Positions 27,380 through 41,841 of a stretch of 64,000 bases of DNA are shown piece after piece (position 1 is the first letter of the stretch; every line of letters begins with the position of its first letter). The DNA is taken from contig OX597826.1 in the NCBI GenBank assembly GCA_951406725.2, forward strand, positions 41,726,001 to 41,790,000, written 5' to 3'. Made by a program: the position numbers and the translations under genes. A model generated the notes under the pieces. The model did no database searches and was not told the DNA's origin. It saw nothing but the letters and a program-made list of their open reading frames with translations. The DNA is from Octopus vulgaris. Lineage: Eukaryota.

Positions 27380-27992
27380 ATGTGTGTTTGTGTTCATCCC
27401 TCGCCACAGCTTGATAACAAATGTTGGCTTGTTCATGCACCGACAGCTAGTAGTTCGACAGAAAGAGTCCGATAGAATAAGTAAGGGCGGCGAGCCTGCA
27501 GAAACGTTAGCACACCGGACGAAATGCTTAGCGGTATTTCGTCTGCCGCTACGTTCTGAGTTCAAATTCCGCCGAGGTTGACTTTGCCTTTCATCCTTTC
27601 GGGCTCGATATAATCGACTTAATCTGTTAGTCTGTCCTTGTTTGTCCTCTCTGTGTTTAGCCCCTTGTGGGTAGTAAAGAAATAGGTATTTCGTCTGTCT
27701 TTACGGTCTGAGTTCAAATTCCGCCGAGGTCGACTTTGCCTTTCATCCTTTCGGGGTCGATAAATTAAGTACCAGTTACGCACAGGGGTCGATGTGATTT
27801 ACTTAATCCCTTTGTCTGTCCTTGTTTGTCCCCTCTATGTTTAGCCTCTTGTGGGCCAAAAAGAAATAAGAATAAGTACCAGGCTCAAAAATATGTACTG
27901 GGTTCGAATTGTTCGATTGAACCCTTCAAGATGCTGGTTAAGTATGTTCGCAGTTCAATGACTGAAACATGTAGAAGATAAAAGAAGAAAAG
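27380..27992 (+). mobile_element. CORE-like SINE 3' half with a nested dimeric Meta-like SINE (~27484-27870)
   Basis: Host SINE interrupted at GAATAAGTA, which recurs after the insert (TSD-like). The insert is a head plus 2 units. Confidence 0.75.
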
Positions 27993-28177
27993 AAGTTGGT
28001 AGTAAGCTTAAGAACATAAGATCGTAAAATCGATTCCTGGACCAGGCCTCATGCTGCATCCTTGAACAAGATACTTCATTTCCCGTTATTCCATGAATTC
28101 CGATCAATTGCATCTCCTTCCGACTGTCATATCCTGGATATTCAGCTGGATCAGGTGACAGAGCTTACAATCTTTTT

Positions 28178-28382
28178 ATCATTTACTTGCTTCAGTCATT
28201 AGACTGCAGCCATGTTGGGGCACTGTCTTGGAAAATTTTTAGTCGAACGAATTGACCTCAGTACTTATTTTTCTTAAAGCCTGGTACTTATTCTATCGGT
28301 CTCTTTTGCCGAATCGCTATGCCATGAGGATGTAAACACACGTCCACATAACATAGCGGTGGTGGGGGACACGAACACATAC

Positions 28383-28429
<47 letters not shown>

Positions 28430-29405
28430 TGGTATCAAAAAGTTCTTGGACTAGTTTTGTAGCACGCCAACAGATGACAGCACACGGTTGCATGTGCAGT
28501 GAGAGCTAGCAGTCACTTTCATGAGGCAGTGTGCCGAGTGACATCGTTGTGTTTACCTTGCAAGTTGTGAAATTTGTATTTTTGTGATTACGTGGATGCT
28601 GTAGTCTGCGATTGTTGACATGGACAGGAAGTTGGAACAAAGAGCCAATGTGAGATTTGGCGTTAAACTTGGGAATTTTGTTTCAGAGACATTGAGCATG
28701 CTTCAGTAAGCTTGCGGCGAAGAGGGTGTACGCAATGTTTCGAGTGACATGGGTGCTTCAAAAGTGAAAGAATGTCCCTGGAAGACGAAGAGCGAGCTGG
28801 AAGACCTGTGTCAGCCCTCGGAAATGTAGAGAAATTTCATCAACTTGGGTGTGAGGATTGTCGGAAGACAATCAACGACGTTTTGAAGCGTTTGAGGGGG
28901 AACATTCGGCGGAAGCGTCCAGATCTGTGGAGCGCGAAGTATTGGATTCTTCACAACGACAATGCACTCTGTCACCGAGTTCTTCTCTCTCCTGAGTTTC
29001 TCGCAAAAGAAATAGCCCGGTATCGCTTCCGTACCACCCTGTTCGCCAGATTTAGCCGCTGCGGACTTTCATCTCTTCCCCAAGATGAAAATGTAGCTCA
29101 AAGGTCACCATTTTAAAACCGTAGTCGAACACTAGGACCGAATTATCACTGCGCAAGATGACTATTTGGAAAGAGAAGGTAAATAAGTTATTTTTTATTA
29201 AATAAAAATAACTAATCCCGGAACATTTTGATACCACCTCGTATGTACGTACTCACACGACATGTTTCTTTCAGCTTCCGTTTACTCACAAAGCCTTTGT
29301 TGTCGGCCCGAGGATATAGTAGAAGACAATTGGCCAAGGTGCCACGCAGTGGGACTGAACCCGGAACCGCATAGTTGCACGCAAACTTCTTACCGCACAG
29401 TCACG
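28178..29405 (-). mobile_element. CORE-like SINE split by a mariner inserted in its internal (TA)n
   Basis: SINE 3' half at ~28178-28380 and 5' half at ~29260-29405 flank the mariner. Confidence 0.7.
28426..29243 (+). mobile_element. Mariner (family B, irritans-like), internally deleted
   Basis: TIRs AGGTGGTATCAAAAAGTTC / GAACATTTTGATACCACCTCG|TA. Remnants MDRKLEQRANVRF, WILHNDNALCH and SPDLAAADFHLFPKMK. Confidence 0.85.
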
Positions 29406-29496
29406 TTTGGTATTTAATTTTTATCCGTGATTTTTATTGCTTATTGTCGTTAGTCTTAATCGTACGTTCTTTCTTGTTCCAGAAGCTAGGAATTAA

Positions 29497-29508
29497 CTGC
29501 TGCTGCTG

Positions 29509-29597
<89 letters not shown>

Positions 29598-29613
29598 GTT
29601 GCTGCTGCTGCTA

Positions 29614-29696
<83 letters not shown>

Positions 29697-29700
29697 GCTG

Positions 29701-29756
<56 letters not shown>
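29497..29756 (+). repeat. Compound trinucleotide tract (TAC)n/(TGC)n
   Basis: Alternating blocks of CTA and CTG repeats in a single register. Confidence 0.95.
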
Positions 29757-29757
<1 letters not shown>

Positions 29758-30622
29758 TATATTCGTCTCTTTCACGTCTTCCCGAATTCTCTTTCTTTCT
29801 TTCCTTCTTTATCCCTCCTTCTTAGTATTCGTTGGGACACTTGAAGACCTCTTCTCCTTCTCTTTTCATCGCAACTGCAATCCTACTGCAGACCTCCCCC
29901 ATATTGGTCACAAGCCAAGTCATCAATCAGTGCAATTATTACAAGCCAAACTCTTGTGTCACATTTTAATACAACAGTCATAGAATGACCGACAATGTAG
30001 ATTTCGGGTGGTTCCTGCAACCACTGTTGCTGCTTTTCGTTGCCAATACAGATGCCGCTCCAACGCCACCACCACTGCCACTGCTGCTGCTGCTGATGAT
30101 GATGATGCAGATAACGACGACGACGATGACGAGACGACGATGATCATCATCATCATAATGAGGGCAACGATGATAACGATGACGCTGTTTTAACCCTAAA
30201 GCCACGACTTACCTTTTCTTTCTTCACACAACTCCGGTCTTCCTCTCAAGAGCAAATACCAATCAAATTTCGCAATACCTTGAGATCTAAGAAAACATCG
30301 CATACGCGGACGCACGCTCACACACACATGAATATATATTCATCACCTTCCTATACCTTTTCTCTCTGACTCTGTCTGTCCGTCTGTCTGTCTGTCTGTC
30401 TACTTCTCCGTATACATGCGTGAGTATAATTTGGTATATATATATATATATAAATATATATATATGTAGATATATATGTATATATATATATATACATATA
30501 ATATATATGTGTGTGTATTTATGTATGAACGCGTATATATGATGTATATATGGATATGTATAAATATATATACATATATGTACACACATACATCATATAT
30601 ACGCGTTTATATACATATATAC

Positions 30623-30696
<74 letters not shown>

Positions 30697-31213
30697 TACA
30701 TACATACATACATACATACATACATACATACATACATACACACACACACAAGCATACATACACACATATAGCCCCCTGGCATTGACGAAACAAAGGGGTG
30801 TAGGTTAGGTTGGAGAGGCAAGCTGACACTTTGAGTGTGTGAAATGTGGTACCTGTCACAGTGATGGTGTCTGCACACATCCCTCCAATGCGTGCTCATC
30901 AATGCTTGTTTTAGATTCAATCTCTATTTACTTACCAATTCGCGTTTCCACACAAAATAAAAACGTAAACCAAATTTACAAATAATTTATCGCTATCAGA
31001 TAAAAGGAAAGAAGTGAAAAATAAAAGCAAAACAAACAAACAAAATAAACAAAACAAGAATTAGAATGAGGGTATAAAAAAAAAACAACCACATGTCGAG
31101 TTGTATATGACACTTTCTTCAGGCAGATTTTTCAATGCAATGGAGTTTATACATACATGTTTGCGTGTATATATAGTTGTATAGGTATATATGGATATCT
31201 ATATATGCATATT

Positions 31214-31272
<59 letters not shown>

Positions 31273-31378
31273 TTTTATTCTTTTACTTGTTTCAGCCAGC
31301 CATTTCACTACGGCCATGATGGAGCACACCTCGAAGGGTTTTTACCTGTATCTCTATCTATATATATATATATGTCTG

Positions 31379-31448
<70 letters not shown>

Positions 31449-31564
31449 AATCTACTTATCTATCTATCCATCTATACGTGTGTGTATGTGTGTCGATGTG
31501 TGTGTGTCTGCGTGTGTGTGAACACCCTCACCATTATGTATTATGGATATTAAGTGAATGTATA

Positions 31565-32280
31565 TATTGGGTTATCGCGTAAATAATGCGTTTTTTTTTT
31601 ACTTCTTTAATTTTTCTAAATTAAGATAAACATAGGTCTTGTTTTAATCTAAAATATACTCTCCTTCATTCCCTACAACGCTCTTCCATCTATCTGGTAG
31701 TTTTGCAAGGCGACTCTTCCAAAATTCACTTGTCCGTGACGAAAAATACTCCTCCACTACTGTTCTGACCTCGTCTACAAAATTCATACTTTTTCCGTCC
31801 AAATGAATGACCAAATCCAAGCTTCCCTGATAGTTCCTCAACAGTACGATGGGATTCTGTTCCACCATATTTTGCAGGATGTCCTCGTCGAGAGCTACAG
31901 GTCTTCCAGGACGAGGCTCATCTTTTAGGCTATAGTTTCCGGCTTGGAATTTCTAGAACCACCGTTGACACTGGCTTACGCTTATTGTTGGATCCCTATA
32001 TACTACATTAATATTCCTCGCACTTTCCATTGCGTTGATGCCTTTATTGGAATGACAAAGCAAGATATACCGAATATGCTCCTTTGTCACTTCCATTATA
32101 CCTTCGAAAAAATAACTGTTAAAATCGAACTGCACTCTTCAAAACTTGCCCAAAGAATAAGGACAAGGTAAAATTACTACCTGTTCTTATAGAAAGTTGA
32201 TGCAGGTAGTTTATCCCGTCCCCTTCCGACTGTCAGTTCATGCAATTGAAAAAACCGCATTATTTGTGGGATGACACAAT
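31565..32280 (-). mobile_element. Mariner (family A), internally deleted, both TIRs
   Basis: TIRs as at 4676-5461. N-terminal MEVTKEHIRYILL is joined to C-terminal ...LPDRWKSVVGNEGEYILD. Confidence 0.9.
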
Positions 32281-32331
32281 CTCCCTCACTCCTCTCTCTC
32301 TCTCTCTCTCTCTTTGTGTGTCTGTCTCTGT

Positions 32332-32439
<108 letters not shown>

Positions 32440-32516
32440 TATGTATATATGTATTATGTGTGTATGTATATGTGCATACACACATGCATGCAAGAACATA
32501 TATACGCATATAGATA

Positions 32517-33324
32517 TACGAGGTGATATCAAGAAGTTCTCTGGCAGATGACAGCACACGGTTGCCTGCGCAGTAAGAGCTAGCAGTGACCTTCATGAGG
32601 CAGCGTTTCGAGTGACATCGCTGTGTTTACTTCCCAAGTTGTGAAATTTTGTGATCACCTGTCTGCTGTAGTCTGCGATTTTGTTATGGACAGGAACAAA
32701 GTACCAACATGAAACAGAGACATTGTGCATGCTTCGGCAAGTTTAAGGTGACGAGGCAATGGGGTCGTACGCATTGTTTCGAGTGGCACGGGCGCTGCAA
32801 AACTGGAAGGATATCACTGGAAAACGATGAACGATCTGGAAGTCCTGTCACGAACGTCACCCCCGGAAATGTAGTATTGTGCATCGAGAATATTTGATCC
32901 CCTGAGCCAAACCATAAATCAAGAGTACTACTGCAACGTTTTGAAGCGTTTGAGGGAGACAATTCGGCAAAAGCGACCGGATCTGTGGAGGGCGAAGAAT
33001 TCAATTCTTCACGTCGACAATACACCCTGACACCGAGCTCGCGTCACTTGTAAGTTTCTCGCCAAAAGCAAGATGATATCGATTCCGCATTCGCCCTATT
33101 CGCCAGCATACCGTTGTCGAGATCCAGATCGAATCGCAGAAGGTCCTCGATGTCCTTACAAAAAAACGGCTTCCCGGCCGGATTCCAAAAGGGGCAGGAA
33201 CGTTGGGACCAGTGTACTTCTGCGTGAAGTGACTATGTGGAATGAGATGATGTTAAAAATTAGGTAAATAAGTTATTTTTTTAATTAAACATAACTAGTC
33301 CGGGATCTTTCTGATACCACCATA
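32517..33324 (+). mobile_element. Mariner (family B), decayed
   Basis: TACGAGGTGATATCAAGAAGTTC ... GATCTTTCTGATACCACC. Homologous to 28426-29243; PHSPYSP remnant. Confidence 0.85.
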
Positions 33325-34269
33325 TGTTTGCGCACACATGTACACACCGGCTTAACCATGGGTGACATTGCATGTAAAGATCTTATTACATAATGAACGT
33401 TATAAAAATGTTTTACACATTTCAACAATACATGTATACAATACGTACGTACTTGTATACAGTCATACACAAATACGACTGTGTTTGTGTGTGTGTGTAC
33501 TGTTTCTAGATGATATCTGTTGGTTATACGTGTGTGTGTGAATGTGTGCATGTATGTGTGTGTATGTGTGTATGCGTGTGTATGTGTGAGTGTAAGTGTG
33601 TGTATGTGTGTGCACGTGTGAATGCGTGTGTATGCGTGTGTATGTTTGTCTGAGTGGAAGTGTGTGTGTATGTGGTTGCAGATGTAATCTGTTGGTTATG
33701 TATGTGTGTGAATGCGTGCGTGTGCTTGTATGTGCGTGTGTGTGAATGTGTGCGCATGTATGTGTGTATGTGTGTGTATATAGGTATGTGTGTATGTGTG
33801 TGTATATAGGTATGTGTGTATGCGTGTGTATGTGTATATATGTATGTATCTATATGTGTGTATGTGTGTGTGTGTACCTAGTGTAATGGTGGACTGCCCT
33901 TGGGCAGGTCCTGTGCATGTGAATCTTCTCCAGTACTATATACGACCTAACAGGAGCCTGTACCCTCTCTTGCCTCCTTTAATTAGACAACTGGGACTTC
34001 GGCTACGTTGACTAGACTTAGGATGAATACTGCAATGTTTTCCCGTCGTCTTCTCAAGGTAGGCTGATTTGAACTTAGAATGGAGAGTGTCGGAAGATAT
34101 ACAGTAAAGTGTTTCTGCTGATACACCAATGATTCTGCCATTCTCGCATTCTCAGAGCAACGTGAAATGAAGTGATTTCCTCCAGAACACGACGTGTCAA
34201 CCGGTTCAGAAGTCGAGCCCACGATTTGACGATCGTGAGTAAAACATATAAAGCAGTAGGACACGCACC

Positions 34270-34334
<65 letters not shown>

Positions 34335-34484
34335 ACATACACACACTTGTGTATGAATGCGTGTACGTATACAAGTACGTACGTATGTATACATGTATGA
34401 GTGTAGTTTATATGTTTATATTACATTCACGCACGAACACACACACATATATATACACACTCACACTATCTCTCTTTCACACAC

Positions 34485-34520
<36 letters not shown>

Positions 34521-34743
34521 AAAGGATGTGTTATAATACTATTCGACATATACAAATAACAGCTATACCAACAATCCAACATACCTCCATCATCAGCTGC
34601 CCCACGGATATCATTATGGTTTCGACACACGGAGAGTACCATTCAATCCGGCGTTGTCAGCAGCACTAAGATAAATGTTGTTTGGGAATACTACAACAAA
34701 GAAACCAGAACAAAGAAACATATAAATCTATGTACATCTGTAT

Positions 34744-34790
<47 letters not shown>

Positions 34791-34821
34791 ATTGTATATA
34801 TGTACATGTATAGGTATATAT

Positions 34822-35400
34822 AGGCTCTTTAAAAACATAGGACTCAATATCTATAGAAGAGGAACGTAACTCAGTTAACTTTCTTGATGTTAATTTAGAT
34901 CTAAGTACAGTGTTACACAGGCCTTATCATAAACCTCATACAAACCTTAGATATATTCATAAAAATAGCAATCACCCAAAAAGTATAACCCAACCAATAG
35001 TAGAAAATATATCAATCCGAATTAATAAACTCTCAGCGAACGAAGAGGTATTTAAACTAAACGAGGACTTTTATAATTTCGCAGGATATAGAGAAAAGTT
35101 CCTCATGTTATATTAAGCAGAGAATTGCCAATCATTTAAGTTCGTTTAGAAATAAGGACAAAATGAGTACTGCCAGCTTTAGTAAGCTAATTTGTGGACT
35201 TAAAGATAGTAACAAAGTATTTTCGATTGCTTGGGAAATAATTATTTAAAGCAAAATTTTTTATAGAATAGGCGATAATAGATGTAATTTTTATGCGAAG
35301 GAAATGTACTCAGTTTTCTTTTATAAATATTTTGTTATAAACACTAGACAGGAACAGGCTATGAGATGTCCACTTTGGATTAAATAAACGTCTAAACAAT
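34822..35400 (+). pseudogene. Penelope-like element: RT thumb and GIY-YIG-region remnant
   Basis: VNFLDVNLDLSTVLHRPYHKPHTNLRYIHKNSNHPKSI...RINKLSANEEVF, then NHLSSFRNKD..SFSKLICGLKD...IAWEI; typical PLE motifs. Confidence 0.8.
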
Positions 35401-35631
35401 TTAAAGAAATATAAATTACCATCTATAGTAATTATACTAGTTAAGATAATTATTGTGGTAATTAATGATATTTTTGCGAACAATACTAAAATAATTTCAG
35501 TAATAATAACAATAATAATATTAATTGAGGGTATAAACCCTAAAATAAGTGAATTACTTCTGAATAAATTATGTACTCCATACAGTAAAATGTAAATAAA
35601 ACAGCTGCAATTGATTGTAATATGAATGAAC

Positions 35632-35724
<93 letters not shown>

Positions 35725-35821
35725 TCAATATAGGGTGGCAAAAAAATTTTGTAGAATTCTTTTGCCACCAGCGGCCTAGTGGGAAAAAATTAAATAGTCA
35801 TAAACCATTTTTAAGTTCAAC

Positions 35822-36178
35822 ATCGCAATCAAGGAACGGCCATAATAGGCCATTCACCCACTTGAAATAACAGCCAAAAGCTTTAACTGCAAAATAACAT
35901 TAATTCCGTAAACCAGGAGAAAATTGAAAAACATTTACCCTGTAATTTCTTAGACGATGCACCATTTCATCTACCGTTTAATGGTAAACTAACCTGATTA
36001 ATTTAATCAGGTTAGTTTACCATTAAACGGTAGATGAAACGGTGCATCGTCTAAGAAATTACAGGGTAAATGTTTTTCAATTTTCTCCTGGTTTACGGAA
36101 TTAATGTTATTTTGCGGTTAAAGCTTTTGGCTGTTATTTCTAGTGGGTGAATGGCCTATTATGGCCGTTCCTTGATTG

Positions 36179-36182
<4 letters not shown>
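35822..36182. repeat. 361-bp near-perfect palindrome (180-bp arms, 1-nt centre)
   Basis: Arms are reverse complements centred on 36002; 3 mismatches counted by eye. Confidence 0.95.
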
Positions 36183-36250
<68 letters not shown>

Positions 36251-36257
36251 CATACAT

Positions 36258-36304
<47 letters not shown>

Positions 36305-36305
<1 letters not shown>

Positions 36306-36621
36306 TACTCTTTTACTCTTTTATTTGTTTCAATCATTTGACTACGACCTTGCTGGAGCAGCGCCTTTAGTCAACCCCGGGACGTATTCTTTGTAAGCCA
36401 AGTACTTACTCTATCGGTCTTTTTTGCCGAACCGTTAAGTTACGAGGGACGTAAACACACCAGCATCGGTTGTCAAGCGATGGTGGGGGAACAAACGCAG
36501 ACTCACAAACACACACACACACACACACACATGACTTGGGCAAGTGTCTTCTACTATAGCCTCGGGCCGACCAAAGCCTTGTGAGTGGATTTGGTAGACG
36601 GAAACTGAAAGAAGCCCGTCG

Positions 36622-36652
<31 letters not shown>

Positions 36653-36872
36653 GTTTGTGTGTGTATATGTTTGTGTGTCTGTGTTTGTCCCTCCAACATT
36701 GCTTGACAACCGATGGTGATGTGTTTATGTCCCTGTAACTTCGCGGTTCGGCAAAAGAGACCGATAGAATAAGTACTAGGCTTACAAAGAATAAGTCCTG
36801 GATTTGCTCGACTAAAGGTGGTGATCCAGCATGGCCGCAGTCAAATGACTGAAACAAGTAAAAGAGTAAAAG
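36305..36872. mobile_element. Two partial CORE-like SINEs in inverted orientation
   Basis: Minus-strand 3' half at ~36305-36530 directly abuts a plus-strand 5'-truncated copy at ~36533-36872. Confidence 0.8.
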
Positions 36873-37078
36873 ACCACTTTCTTTGAGCTTCCATCTACCA
36901 AATCGACTCAATGCCTTTGTCGGCACGTGCCTATGGTAAAAGGCGTCTGATCAAGGTGTCACATAGTAGGACTGAACTCTGAACCATGTGGTTGGGAAGC
37001 AAACTTCTTATCCCATACCTACAAATATTATCATTCACATTTTGGAAACAAAAGAATTTAATATATAATTTCATACAT

Positions 37079-37122
<44 letters not shown>

Positions 37123-37489
37123 GAGAGACAGAGAGACAGAGAGAAAGAGAGAAAGAGAGAAAGAGAGAAAGAGAGAATAAGAGAGGAAATAGGTGAATGT
37201 GTCTATTACGTGAATGTGTATATAATATTTATGAGACATGCGTTTCTTAGAAAGGTGTTTTCTTAGAAAGTGAGTTTATCAACATTCTATAGCAACAAAA
37301 GGAAAACCACGCTAACAACAACTACAACGACAACACCATATACAACTCTAGTTGCAAGAACAAAACCAACAGCAGGACATTGATAGCATAAAATAGAGCA
37401 ACGACCGTCACCAACTCCACCGACACTACGACTCCCGCCGCCGGCGCAATTGATAGCCAAAATAACGATGACGACAAAAACGGCAACCG

Positions 37490-38810
37490 CAATGAGCTGG
37501 CAGAATCGTTAGCACGCCGGGCGAAATGCGTAGCCGTATTTCGTCTGCCGTTACGTTCTGAGTTCAAATTCCGCCGAGGTCGACTTTGCCTTTCGTCCTT
37601 TCGGGGTCGATAAATTAAGTACAATTTACGCACTGGGGTCGATGTAATCGACTTAATTCGTTTGTCTGTCCTTGCTTGTCCTCTCTGTGTTTAGCCCCTT
37701 TGTGGGTAGTAAAGAAATAGGTATTTCGTCTGTCGCTACGTTCTGAGTTCAAATTCCGTCGAGGTCGACTTTACCTTTCATCCTTTCGGGGTCGATAAAT
37801 TAAGTACCAGTTACGCACTGGGGTCGAAGTAATCGACTTAATTCGTTTGTCTGTCCTTGTTTGTCTCCTCTCTGTGTTTAGCCCCTTGTGGATAATAAAG
37901 AAACGTAATTTAAGAGCATAAATAGTAAGTCTAGGGAGAGAGGTTTCGTCGATATTATTGAAGCTGTTATTTGACTGGTACTATATTTCATGAATGTCCA
38001 GAGAATGAAATAGGAAATTGATTTCGGCAGGATTTGAACTCATTACGTAAAGACATAACTAATATTGCAATGCATTTTCTTTCACTCGACGCTCTACTAA
38101 TTCAGTCAGCTCACTACCCTTTAATAATGGTCCCTAATTTAAGCACAAGCCCCGCAGATTTGAGGGAAGCGGGTCCATCGATATCATCGACTTCAGTATT
38201 TGACAGGTACTTTACTTTATCGGCCCTTAAATAATGATTTACAAAGTTGACCTTCACGAGATTAGGACTCAGAACGTAAAAAGCTGAAATAGATGCCAGA
38301 AGGTATTTTTTTCCGACACGATTCTGCCAATTCACCAACGTTGTTGCAAAGTTTAGCAGACGGCTAACAATTTATGGTGACTGCGAGTAGTCGATTATAC
38401 GGGCCCTATTATTCAACTAGTACTATATTTTATCGACTCCGAAACGAAAAAGGGCAAAGTTGACCTCGGGTGGATTTGAACTCGGGACGTAAAGTGCAGT
38501 AAGAAATGCCGGAACGTACCTTTTCCCAACGGTCTAATGATTCTGCTAGAGCACCATCTTCCATAATGATGGTTTCAAATTTTGGCACAAGACCAGCAAT
38601 TTTGGAGGGTGCGAGAGGGTGGGGGCAAAGTCGATTACATCGACCCCAGTATTATGTGTGTATGTATATTGATACTTATTTTCACGACACTAAAACGGTG
38701 AATAGTAAAGTCGACCTCGGCGGAATTTGAACACAGAACATAAAGGCGGACGAAATGCTGCTAAGCATTTTATCCGGCAAGCTATCTACTCAGTTAGCTC
38801 ATCGCCTTCG
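37490..38810. mobile_element. Meta-like SINE cluster (dimer at ~37490-37905 on +, older fragments on -)
   Basis: Two ~180-bp units after one head, followed by repeated diverged TTTGAACTCAG / GTCGACCTCGG modules. Confidence 0.75.
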
Positions 38811-39466
38811 CCGTCCATAGTAATGTCACTAGAAATTTCTAGAAAGTAATTTCTAGAAAATGAAAGCCGTTGTGAATTCGAGGTGCAATGGAATGGAATG
38901 TGGTTGAACTAGCTTCGATATGAAGCGCCCCCTACATTTCAGATACGCACGTTTTGTCAACATCAGCGAACAATAACGATGTACTTCGTGGTGCTGGAGG
39001 TGCGGCAGTGCAGAGGGAGAAGGAGAGGAGAAACAAGGGTACGAGGGTACATTTTCAGGGTAGAGGAGAGAGAGAGAGAGAAAAGGAAACGTTCTTGTTT
39101 ACTTTTATAGCTGTATGTATGTCTATAGTTACATATGTAAACATATATACGTCAGTTTTTATGTGCGTACACGAGTGTGTACGCGTGTGTGCGTGTGATA
39201 CACACACACACAAACACATATATAAACATATGTTTGTATACACACACACACACACACGAAATCTGTTACGGGTTAACACAGCCTGTGTGTGCATCTCTCT
39301 CCGTATGTATGTGCTGTGCGTGTGCGTGTGTTTGTGTGTGTGTGTGTGTACGTGTGTGTGTGTACGTGTGTGTGTGTGTGTATGATACACATACACACAC
39401 ACATGCACACACACACACACATATAAACATATGTTTATATACACACACAATCTGATACGGGTTAAC

Positions 39467-39516
<50 letters not shown>

Positions 39517-39954
39517 GTACAAACATTTCAACATGACCGTGTCGTAAAATATGCTAAGAATGACAATAAGCAATGTGACTAACGAGATTAATGATTTATA
39601 TTCAGTTTATCGCATATCTTATATACTTTTCCTGTTTTACTTTCATTCCATTTTTATTCAATTAAAATAAAATACTTACAGATTAATAGGGCATAGTAGA
39701 CTCGGTAGAGTAATAGAATTTTATTTGCATTAATTATCATAAATTATCATTAATTATCTCACCCTCATTAATAGTATTTGAAAATACATTGCATGTTTTA
39801 TTTTTCATATCCTACACAGGGTGCAGTAAAAAAAAAAAAAACCTCTGCTAAATTTATTCTTGATAATTGTTCCAACAGTAAATACACGGTGTGCATCGCT
39901 CCAAATCATAATGGTATACAAAAATTCACGTTGAAGCCTTCTGAGGATTAAATG

Positions 39955-40270
39955 GCACTTCGTCGGTTGCGACGGCAAATGTTCCTATTGGTTCAATCAA
40001 CGGAACAACCTGCTCATGAAACTAACCTGAAATTGGTTGAGCACTACACAGACGCGCGTATCCTTAACGTAGTTTTCAGGGAAATTCAGCGTGACACAGA
40101 CTGTGACAGAGCTGGCTCTTTGAAATAAAGGTACTGCTCATTTTTGCCAGCTGAGTGGACTGGGGCAATGTGAAATAAAGTGTCTTGATGAAGGGCGCAT
40201 TGCTCCGCCGGGTATCGATCTCCTTGCTTTACGATTGCGACCTAATCTCTTAACCACTAACACGCGCCTT
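39955..40270 (-). mobile_element. tRNA-derived SINE, older copy of the 42564-42951 family
   Basis: Shares CCTTAACGTAGTT..CAGCGTGACACAGA and CGTCGGTT.CGACG with 42564-42951. Confidence 0.75.
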
Positions 40271-41736
40271 CAACTGCTCGGGATTATGTTACGGGTGGTC
40301 ACGTCAGTGAGGTACTCGGCAACTTATTTACTAATTCATTGAGTAGGTACTTGAGTGACGGATGAAATAAATAATCATCGTCGACATTGACGAGGATCCA
40401 TGACTGTAAACGATTACTCTTCCGCCAAGTCTATGACTTTGTGCCGATGTTAGAAATCAATATTGATTCTCTGTGAAAACGTAGAAATTCTTCGTAAATG
40501 CCTTTTCTACTTTTCGGTAACTACCCTGTGCTTGTCATTTCACATCGCCGACGGTCTGAGGTGTCAGATAATGGAGAATCTTCAGAATCATTTGGGAATC
40601 CTATCCAGGAGAGATTTATTTCGTATCTGATTAACAAGTTCTCTCAAAAACGTCGGCGTTTTGGAAATGCCTTATAATCCAGTGGTATCTGGAAAAGGTT
40701 CATTTTGACGCTAATACTATTTTCGCAAAACGCTAGAAAAACAAAGGAAAATACATTAATTTTAAATGAAACTTCTATGTCGCAGCTTCAGTAACTACCG
40801 TAAATAGTTTGTCTTGTGTTCTATAACCCTGAATATTTTCTTCACTCTAATATTAATATCTCTTATTTGGTTACTGGGTCAAGTTTTGTAGGCAAAACTG
40901 TGTGCTCAACTGAATTGATTCCTGTGTATTAGTGGTATGAGCACGATAATAAGCGAAGTTGAACCCGTAAAGTTTTGCTCTGAGAATATATGTATTTCTC
41001 TACACAAAAGACAATCTACAGCTCAGCCGATTGAGGGACATTGAAATTTAAGCGCTGCGATTAGAGATAGAACACAGCCGTGTTAAAAGGATAGCAGTTT
41101 ATTGAGGAACATTTTGGTTGGCGAGTATTTTTGCTTGAGAGCTGAACTGGCAATTAAGACTCCATTCGGTGAAATGAAGCTTCTGGAAAAAGAAACATTG
41201 TTTTACAAACAACGATTTTCCCCTTCCCCAAATATAGGGCTTGCTGGAGCCCATCAGAGAAACCAAGATTTACATACGAAGTTATTTCAAATTGGAAACG
41301 TTGGACGATTTTTTGTTTTAATGAATTCTTTAAAACAGTAAAATAATCGTGAATGAGGGAAAGCAATGGCATTTGTGAAAATACGAAACATTTAAGTACT
41401 TGGTGAGCTTGATGTTGTTGGCATTGCTGCTGTTTTGGTGGTAGTGTTTTGGAGGTGGTGGTGGTGTTGGACGTGGTGGTGTTGGAGGTGGTGGCCGTGG
41501 TGGTGTGTTAGCATTTGTACACATGTATATATTCTGCAACATATATAAATTGTGTGTGTGTTTGTACATATATATCGTTTTTATATATACACACACACAC
41601 ATAAACATGCACATACATATAAATACATATGTATTATAAATGTAACATTCATAACACAGAGATTCACGTCTAACCAATGTAAATATACACAATTGTAATC
41701 ATGCACAAACACACAGCTTGTGCGTCTGTGTGTGTG

Positions 41737-41768
<32 letters not shown>

Positions 41769-41789
41769 CGTGTGTGTGTGTGTGTGTGC

Positions 41790-41841
<52 letters not shown>

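Noticed and set aside
29375-29983. 202-aa poly-Tyr/Cys ORF (and overlapping poly-Leu ORF)
   Set aside because: Simple translation of a (TAC)n/(TGC)n tract; no other coding signal.
38924-38935. CTCF-like motif AGCGCCCCCTAC
   Set aside because: Only a partial match, expected by chance in 64 kb.
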